A DNA stretch of 64,000 nucleotides from an uncultured Candidatus Peribacteria bacterium (GTDB lineage: Bacteria; Patescibacteriota; Gracilibacteria; Absconditabacterales; Absconditicoccaceae). A program made the position numbers and the translations under genes. The DNA is taken from contig CAZTFP010000002.1 in NCBI GenBank assembly GCA_964613015.1, positions 1,737 through 65,736 of the forward strand, given 5' to 3'. Positions within the stretch are counted from its first letter, which is position 1. Each line of letters starts with the position of its first letter. Below are positions 56,454 through 64,000 of the stretch, piece by piece. The notes under the pieces are model-generated. The model was not told the origin of the DNA and did no database searches. It saw only the letters and a list, made by a program, of their open reading frames with translations.

Positions 56454-57005
56454 TTAGTTGGTTTCACCGGTTAGTGTGTTGAGTGTTACTATATCACCTT
56501 CGTTTTTGTGTAATGGAATCATAATCTCCATACCTGTTTCTAGTGTAGCTGGTTTTTTCCCTGCTTGTGCTCTATCTCATTTTACTCCTGGAACCGTTGA
56601 TGCTATTTTATATGCAACCGTTGGAGGTAAAATTACACTTATAACATTGCCCTTGTAGACCATTACGAAACAATCCATATTTTCCTTGAGATATCCTAGA
56701 ATATCGTCAACCATAGATTTGTTGAGATCATGCATATCACCGGTATCATTTTCCATGAACGTATACGTATCTCCAGCCTTGTATAGGAAGACAGCGTTTT
56801 TGGTAATTACATCACCCTTTTCAAGAACCGTTCCTGATTTGTAGGTAAATGCTTGTACACCACCGGTTATAAGATTTTTCATCTTATAACTATAACTTCA
56901 TTGTCTTTGTTGCATCTGCATAAATGCAAAATCAACTACTTTATATAACTGACCATCGATCTCGACAATCGTATTTTTTTTGATTTCTGATACATCTAAC
57001 TTCAT
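56454..57005 (-). CDS. efp: elongation factor P
   Basis: MKLDVSEIKKNTIVEIDGQLYKVVDF...KMKNLITGG...YTFMEND...KGD.AQAGKKPATLETG. 552 nt. In frame with track ORF 56577-56882. Confidence 0.9.
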
Positions 57006-57035
57006 TCCCCTATAACTAAAAGATTAAAAGAGTTA

Positions 57036-57090
57036 AAAGAGTAAAAGACTCGTTGGGCTAGTTGCCTAATTGGCGAATCTTTTACTCTTT
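57036..57090 (-). terminator. 13-bp perfect hairpin 3' of the large membrane-protein gene
   Basis: aaagagtaaaaga (57036-48) pairs with tcttttactcttt (57078-90). 29-nt loop. T-rich tract follows on the minus strand. Confidence 0.5.
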
Positions 57091-57111
57091 GGTGTTTCGT
57101 TTACATTTTTT

Positions 57112-60100
57112 TTAATTTAATTCAAATACTATAAGCTGACTTCATCCACCTAAACTTTGACTAAGAATACTGTTTACGAAATCTTGATATTGTGGATTGT
57201 TTGCTTTGAGTAGATTAACCAATCCCATATATTGAGTCAAAATTAAACGTTCATCTTGTGATAATGCATCAATACTCGTTTTCAATGCATCTGGTGCAGC
57301 TCATTGTTGTGCGAGTAATTGTTGTGCTAAGATAAATACTTTGGATGCATCAATCGTTTTTCCATATACATCAGCAATATCACTAATCACTTCCCCATTA
57401 GCAATTCTACTAGCAAATGTTTCTCCAATAAAGTTGAGTAATTGTTGTGCATCTGGAAAGAATCTTGCAATAGAAAGTTTTGCTCTCAAGAATACTAATT
57501 CATCCGCAGACATAGATCAGAATTTTGCTATAAGTGTTGCATCATCCAGACTGAATGCATATTTTGCTCCTAAATTATTCGTTGAGAATAAACTAATATA
57601 TCATGCTCTTCGAAGTTTAACCAAACTACTGATTGCTCCATCTTGTACTATTTGTTTGGTTACAGGATCTTGTTTAGCAAAGAATCTATTGAAGAGTGAT
57701 TCATTTCCTTCACCCATTACTACCGTTCCTATATTTGGATCGATTACAAGATATTTTAAGTTACTATCTCTTAGTCTCTGATAGGATTTACATAAATTAC
57801 CATCACTATTTTGTTCTCGGAACCAATCAAGCATACCATCTCATTTAATATGATATTGATTGTCTAAGAAATATTGCATGTACGTCCCTGCTATGAGAAC
57901 TCCATCAGTATTTTTTCTATTTTTTACGTAATCAATAAATTTGTTATAATGAGGGAATTGGAGATTGAAAACATCTTTTTGTCCGTATCCTGCTTTTATT
58001 ACTTCTGTTTGTTGAAGTGATGTAGTTATTTCTACTGTCTTTCCATTATTCATTCTGTATCGAAGGAAAGGACCACCACCACCCTGTGAAGATATTCTCA
58101 CAAAATTTAGTACAAATTGTATTATTCCTCGAATAACAAAGAGGAAAATAATAATATAAATCATGGTCTTATCTTTTTCTTCTTGAGAATGTTCAAACAT
58201 GTCTTTGAGAATCATGGCAACAGCTATTACGGTCCACACTACAAGTCCCATTCCATACCATACAATACCTCATCCTATTATCCACCAAATGGCTCGTCCA
58301 ATAATAGTAACGCTTGAAAGCACTACTAGATTAGTGTCTTCTTTGAAATGTTTTGCGTTGAAGAGTGTGTATATAAACCCTAGAATCAATAGCATAAATA
58401 TTATTAACCATACAAATCCTATGTCCGTATAATAACTACTAAGATTTTGTAGAGATCGATTGAATACTACATTGAATGGTACAAGATATCTATAAGGAAT
58501 ACTAATTTTACCTACTGCAGTTTTGCTCGCATGATTTTGATAATATTGTCTCAATGCAACTATTTGGTCATTAAATTCAGCAGGATTTATTACTGTTCCA
58601 CTCCCTTTGATTGCATATGCAGCAAGTGCTCCACTTAAAAGAGTATATGCTTGAGTCCCTGGTTGTACTTCAGAGAATAATGTTTTGAGAGTAGTAATAT
58701 TAAAATTATCTATCGCTTGTGCATTGTTACATAAGAGTTTTGCTGATGCATTGGTACCGTAACAAACATTATCTCTTGGGGTAAATAATCTTAACAACCC
58801 ATATCCGAGATTAAGTCCATCTCCCTTAGTAATCTCTTTTCGTCCATATCCGACATATCTTCCTACATCCTCATTAGTCACTATTGCTTTTTTGACCGTA
58901 GCTTGTAAATCTGTTTTGGTAAATGGTGTTTGTTTACATTGGACTAATGAAAGATCACTTGTATTAAGGACTGCTTTATCAATCACAGTCTGTGCAGCTA
59001 ATCCTGTAGTATTTGTCGCCGCTAGTAGTGGTTTTGACGGTGAAGTGTTTTGTACTAATAATACATTTTTGATAAATGTACCTGGATTAAATGTACCTGC
59101 ATTGATTTGATTGACAAGTATATTTGGTCATTTAAACACAAGTACGGTAGCTACTAATGTAGCTCACCAAATACAAATATAGGTAAATAATCTTTTTTTA
59201 TCTGATAATTTTCCTTGGGTTTTATTCTTATTCATCACCATCCTGACAATTCCTATAATGACTACTAATAATCATACCATTACTACATATTTTCCTGCAG
59301 TAGGAGTCATCATATCAGGTGCATTGGCTATTTTGAGGATACCGGTAATCCCTACTGTCATGACACCCAATCCAATAGCGATAACACTATCTATCCATAA
59401 TCCGATAAGTAACAATCCAAATAACGCTACATCAATAAATGCTGTTTGTTTTGACATAAGTGCCCGTGCAAACATTACTCATGAAATAATAATATATTTT
59501 AATGAATCTCGATGAAGTTTAAGTCCATGCTCACGATTATCTAGAATGTATTTAAGAAATATAAATCAAGAGAGCATAGCTAAAATCGTCAATGCCATCA
59601 CCCCAAGATCTGTTTTATTGTCTACAAATACTAAGAAAGCACCCATTCAACTCGTCAACCAAAATAATAACATCATTCGCCCACTATACATACCGATTGT
59701 GGTTGTAATATCATCTTCTTCTGTTTTCTTTGGAGCAAAATACGTTATCGCTTCCTTGATGAGTCCTGTTCCAAAGATAAGTACAAATATTCCACTGAGA
59801 AAATTCATAGCAACTGCTACGGTATCTGGTGCTATCCAAAACCAACTCTTGATAGGTTGGATAAGCGCAAAAAAGAACATAATAAACATATGTCGAAGTC
59901 ATGGTATCATAGTAGCAGATCATCATACATCTCCCCACATCACTCCATGATTTTGCGCAAGTACTTTTGGAACGTACATATATGCATGATTAGCATCCCA
60001 AGCAGTTGAATACGGAATATATGAAAGCTGGAATCCATAGAGATAGTAGATGATGGAAATCGCTAATAAAACAATCCCTATCCGTTTTCGCCAGTTTACC

Positions 60101-60729
60101 TTGAGTTTGCTGCCTTTAAATTCTGAAGCAATAGTTATAATCATGTGATTGTACGGAAGCATATCGTCTTTCATATATCGAATCATATACCCAAGTCCCA
60201 AGAAAAGAATCCAAATTACTACTCCTCGAATGAGATGAACCATAGTAAAAACATAGATAATGAGTAAGAAAATCCCTAATCATATTCAAAAATTAATAAG
60301 CATTTCTTGTCGTCTCGTCTCTTTAAATTTTATATATTTTTTGGATATTCGTGTTCCAAAAGCAAGCAATCCAAGAATAAAATACATTCCTAAAAAATAG
60401 ATAATCAAGGTATTGAGTATCAGAATAATAAGTCCTGCTGATCAGCCTACAATACTATCCTTGATCATAGTAAAGGATATAGTAAACACTACTAACGTTA
60501 TCGGAATGATATAGACAAAAAACTTTTTTACAGAAAATACTTTTGATCTGATAATATACGCGATAGGAATACATACCGCAACGATACCTCAAATCACTAA
60601 TTTCCAATTTGCTCGACTTGCAAGCATTGTTTGATAGTAGGTGTGATTTGTCATAAATTCATTGTAAATGGATACTCCGAAAACACTAAGAAGTAAAATA
60701 GTAATAATTAAAAAGATTTTCTGTTTCAT
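57112..60729 (-). CDS. 1205-aa polytopic membrane protein, hypothetical
   Basis: Seven track ORFs (57301-57513 through 59923-60243) are mutually in frame. ATG at 60729. Stop is the complement of 57112-57114. Many TM segments plus a large soluble loop. Confidence 0.75.
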
Positions 60730-60790
60730 TAATCTAAAGAGTAAAAGATTAAAAAGTTATGAATATGTAAAAACTTAGTTACCTACTCGA

Positions 60791-62491
60791 TTATCACTGT
60801 TTTTTTGTATAAAATGCATGAAGCAATATTTTAGTTAATGGCACATTGAAGAATAATGTAAGCAATATTGTCACGATCATCATTGATCCAAATCCTTTGA
60901 ATACGTTGGTTCCCATAGAAAAGAGAACGAATCCAATCAATCATGTACTAATTTGACCATCTCTGATTGCTGACCAACTTCTGTCTTTTGCATGATCTAT
61001 AGCTCATTTCATACTTTTCCCTTCTTTTAGTTCTTCGTTAAGTCTTTCATATATTAGAATGTTTGCATCTACTCACATTCCTATAGAGAGGACAATAACT
61101 GCTATTCCACTCAGTGAAAGTGCATAATCTGTAAGCTTCATAAATGCCGCCAATACCGTCAAAAACGAAATCAAAACCATAGCAGTAAGAAGCATTCTTT
61201 TATATCCATACATGAAATATAATAATAGCATAATCGCAAAGAATCCTATCAAGCCTGCTCGTAATGCTCCATTTAATGCATTATCACCAAGTGTTGGACT
61301 AATTTTCTCTTCTTGCATAAGAATCAACGGTGCAGGTAATGTTCCCTCGTTTAAGGAATCAGAAAGTTGTTTAGCAGATTCCGTGGTGAATGATCAGTTG
61401 ATTTCTGCTGTTCCTCCACATATTTTACTTTGGATATTTGGAGCGGTAAGTAAATTTCCTCCAACGAAAATAGCCATAGGTTTGCCTATATTTGCAGCAG
61501 TTATAGTACAAAATATATCTTTTCCTTGATCATCTAGATTGATAACTACAACAGGCTCTCCCATTTCTGAAGCACTAGAATTTGCAAATTTGAAATACGC
61601 ACCATTGAGAATTTTTTCTCCATCAGTTGCTGGTACTCGTGTTTCTCTGTCTTGTACAAAAACGTCTTCAAATACATATATAGTTGCTGTAGCTCATGAA
61701 AGATTTTTTCCTTGTTTTCTTTCTAATAAACGAAACATAGTATATCCACTCAATGTTGTCCCTGTACTTTGCGTAAGTACACTGTTGCTTTGTGGATAAA
61801 TAGTTGTGTAATTACCCTCGATAAGACCATAAATTTTGCCTGTGACTGCATCATTAAGAAGTTTTGGATTATTCTTATACATATCAGGTAATTGGTCTAA
61901 TGTATTTCCCGTATACTTGTTATAATAAATATTTTCTGACATTCTTCCCTCAAGTGTTTTCTGGATATTTGTGGGATCTTTTGTTATCTCGGTAAGCACC
62001 TGAGTAGCTAAAACCTTTCTCGCTGCGACACTCTCTTTGGTAGGTTTTTGTGGATTCTGAAGTTTAAATTCAAGTTCAAGTGTTTTCCCGATTAATCCTT
62101 TCGCCTGATCGAGATCGGCTATACCTCCTATCTCTACGACAATATAATTTTGATTGTCAAGTGTCTGAATATATGCCTTATAATCACTTACTCCAAGTTT
62201 AGAAATTCTATTATCGATATTTTTCATAATAATAGTTTCTATTGTCTTTTTTATGGCAGCAAGCTCTGTAGGATCGGTATATACTTTTTCATATTTATCA
62301 TAAGAAATTTTGTAGACCAATTTTGTACCTCCTGATACATCAAGTCCTTTTCTAAAATGAGATAACCCATTTGTTGTAAGGATAAAATTTCTGGTTCCTG
62401 TTTGTGCGTTAAATTCTCTTCCTACGAAGAAAACAAATATCACTGACACAATAAACAGTGCTATAAAAACCATTTGTTTACTAATTTTCAT
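60791..62491 (-). CDS. secD: protein translocase subunit SecD
   Basis: Track ORFs 61694-62491 and 61073-61327 are in frame. ...LGLDVSGG-like GLDVSGGT, PLILMQEEKISPTLG, ANILIYERL. 566 aa. Confidence 0.9.
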
Positions 62492-62650
62492 CTGCTACTA
62501 TAAAGGTAAATAAAATTTCTGAAATAACAAAAAATATTTTGGACGCTATTTTCTACTTTTTTATGAGCGTAATACAAGATGAAATCACATATCTATGGCG
62601 TGCATGCTAATCATTCCCTTTTTCTTGATTCTAGCAATTATAAATAAAAT

Positions 62651-62678
62651 TTGACAAATATTTTTTTCTGGATATAAT
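62651..62678 (+). promoter_or_regulatory. sigma-70-like promoter TTGACA-16-TATAAT
   Basis: ttgaca at 62651-56 and tataat at 62673-78, 37 nt upstream of the ATG at 62715. Confidence 0.45.
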
Positions 62679-62714
62679 ATATTTGTTTACTTTTATTATT
62701 TTTATTTAAACAAA

Positions 62715-64000
62715 ATGAAAAAAAAATTATTGAGGTATCTCAGTGTTATTATTACTGGAATAGTAATAGTAAGTACTATGGTTCCTTCTTCTTTGGTATT
62801 TGCTACAGCTATTGATGGCGATATTGATACTTCATTTACGATTGGAAGTTGATTTGATGGATGAGTTCTTACAACTTTAATCCAAAGTGACCACCACATT
62901 CTTGTGGGATGAGCATTTAGGTATTATGAATGATGACAGTATTCTCCTAAATTAATTCGTCTTATGCCCGATGGAGCACCAGATTGAAATTTTCATGTAT
63001 GAAATGGATTTAATGGGTCTGTGAATGCCTTAGTAATTGATGCTAATGGATATATTATTGTCTGAGGAGATTTTACTGGGTATGACTGATATGCTGTCAA
63101 TCATATAGCTCGTATACAACCTAATTGAAATTTTGATAGTACTTTCAACAATGGATGATCTGGATTTAATGGATCTGTTCACGCACTAGCCATTGATGGT
63201 AGTGGACGTATTCTTATAGGATGAAACTTTAGTTCATATAATTGAAATACCACCAATAATATAGTTCGTATTAAGTCTAATTGAGGTATTGATTGAGATT
63301 TTTATATGTGAAATGGATTTGATGCAATGGTCAATGCTATAGCCATGCAAAGTAATGGAAAAATTATTGTAGGGTGAGCATTTAAACATTATGACTGATG
63401 AACCGCTAATAACATAGCTCGTCTTCGTTATCCTGATTGAGCGCTTGATAGTTTGATGTGAACTGGATTTAATAAAGACGTCAACTCGCTAGCAATTGAT
63501 AGTAATGATACAATTTATGCTGGAGGACAGTTTAATTCATATAATTGACAATCTACACCATATATGGCTCATCTTATGTTTGATTGAAATCTTGATGGTG
63601 GATTTAATAATGCTAATACAGCCTGATGATTTGATGGGCCTGTGCTTGCGATAACACTAAAAACTAATGATGATATCTTTGTTGGATGATGGTTTACTAG
63701 TTACAACTGAATAAGCTTAAATTCAAATCATATACTCCGTATTGATGGCATGTGAAATGTTAATACTAATTTCACTACATGAACTGGTTTTAGTAATGGG
63801 GTAACATCTATATCTCTACAGGACGATGGTAATCCTATTGTAGGATGATGGTTTACTAACTATCAATGAACAACTACAAATTATATAACAAAATTGGTAG
63901 CAAATACGGTATATGGTGGTGGATCTAGCGGTGGTTGAACCCCTAACTGACCTAGCGGTAGTAGTGGTTGAGGTAATATTACGTGAAATCTCCGATTAAG
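62715..64000 (+). CDS. delta-60-repeat (beta-propeller) secreted protein, 3'-truncated by the window edge
   Basis: Signal-like N-terminus. Repeats of the form ..LD.SF..G.GF...V.ALA.Q.DGKI.VGG.F..Y.G...N.I.RL (TIGR02608-like). About 35 in-frame TGA codons by hand count. Confidence 0.8.

Noticed and set aside
1-64000. Pervasive ORF fragmentation in the supplied track, which could suggest a decaying, pseudogene-rich or error-rich sequence.
   Set aside because: The breaks are almost all TGA at positions where homologous families have glycine. Reading TGA as Gly restores full-length conserved proteins ending in TAA or TAG.

Overview
This is a 64-kb, AT-rich, gene-dense bacterial chromosome segment that only makes sense under a non-standard genetic code. 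The supplied standard-code ORF track is fragmented because TGA is a sense codon. At invariant glycine positions of S12, TopA, NrdD, Walker-A loops and a patatin GGG loop the codon is TGA, and all gene ends I checked are TAA or TAG. This is translation table 25, typical of Gracilibacteria/Absconditabacteria (SR1, BD1-5) in Patescibacteria/CPR. In addition, CGA and CGG sit at invariant tryptophan positions in about a dozen unrelated families, while CGT, CGC and AGA keep the invariant arginines. The host therefore appears to carry a second reassignment, CGA/CGG to Trp, which I recall being reported for an Absconditabacterales clade. Re-translated by hand, the window holds about 50 protein genes and one intact tRNA-Lys(UUU) flanked by decayed tRNA-like copies. 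There is no rRNA, CRISPR array, transposase or integrase. Gene content in order: three consecutive giant secreted repeat proteins (1-10934); a higher-GC Bacteroidota-like gene with a T9SS C-terminal sorting domain that uses none of the reassigned codons (11186-13198); a MATE exporter; a non-canonical ribosomal-protein cluster (rpsL, rpsG, rplS, rplY, rpmB); a cupredoxin lipoprotein; topA; a minus-strand block with an ABC exporter (behind a putative attenuator), a GNAT and an ABC-2 transporter; gpmI; comM/yifB; DUF559; ppa; a Pif1-like helicase; an AlkD-like protein; membrane proteins; two DUF333 secreted proteins (one fused to Kazal); a PilT/KH ATPase; pyk; an nrdD...nrdG cluster with a split nrdD, NUDIX and HD genes and NrdR-like boxes; patatin; pduL; an SLT transglycosylase; efp; a 1205-aa membrane protein; secD; and a delta-60-repeat protein. 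Several intergenic repeat families and GC-rich structured islands are also present. All coordinates come from manual translation with frame checks against the ORF track. Family assignments are motif-level recognition, not database searches.
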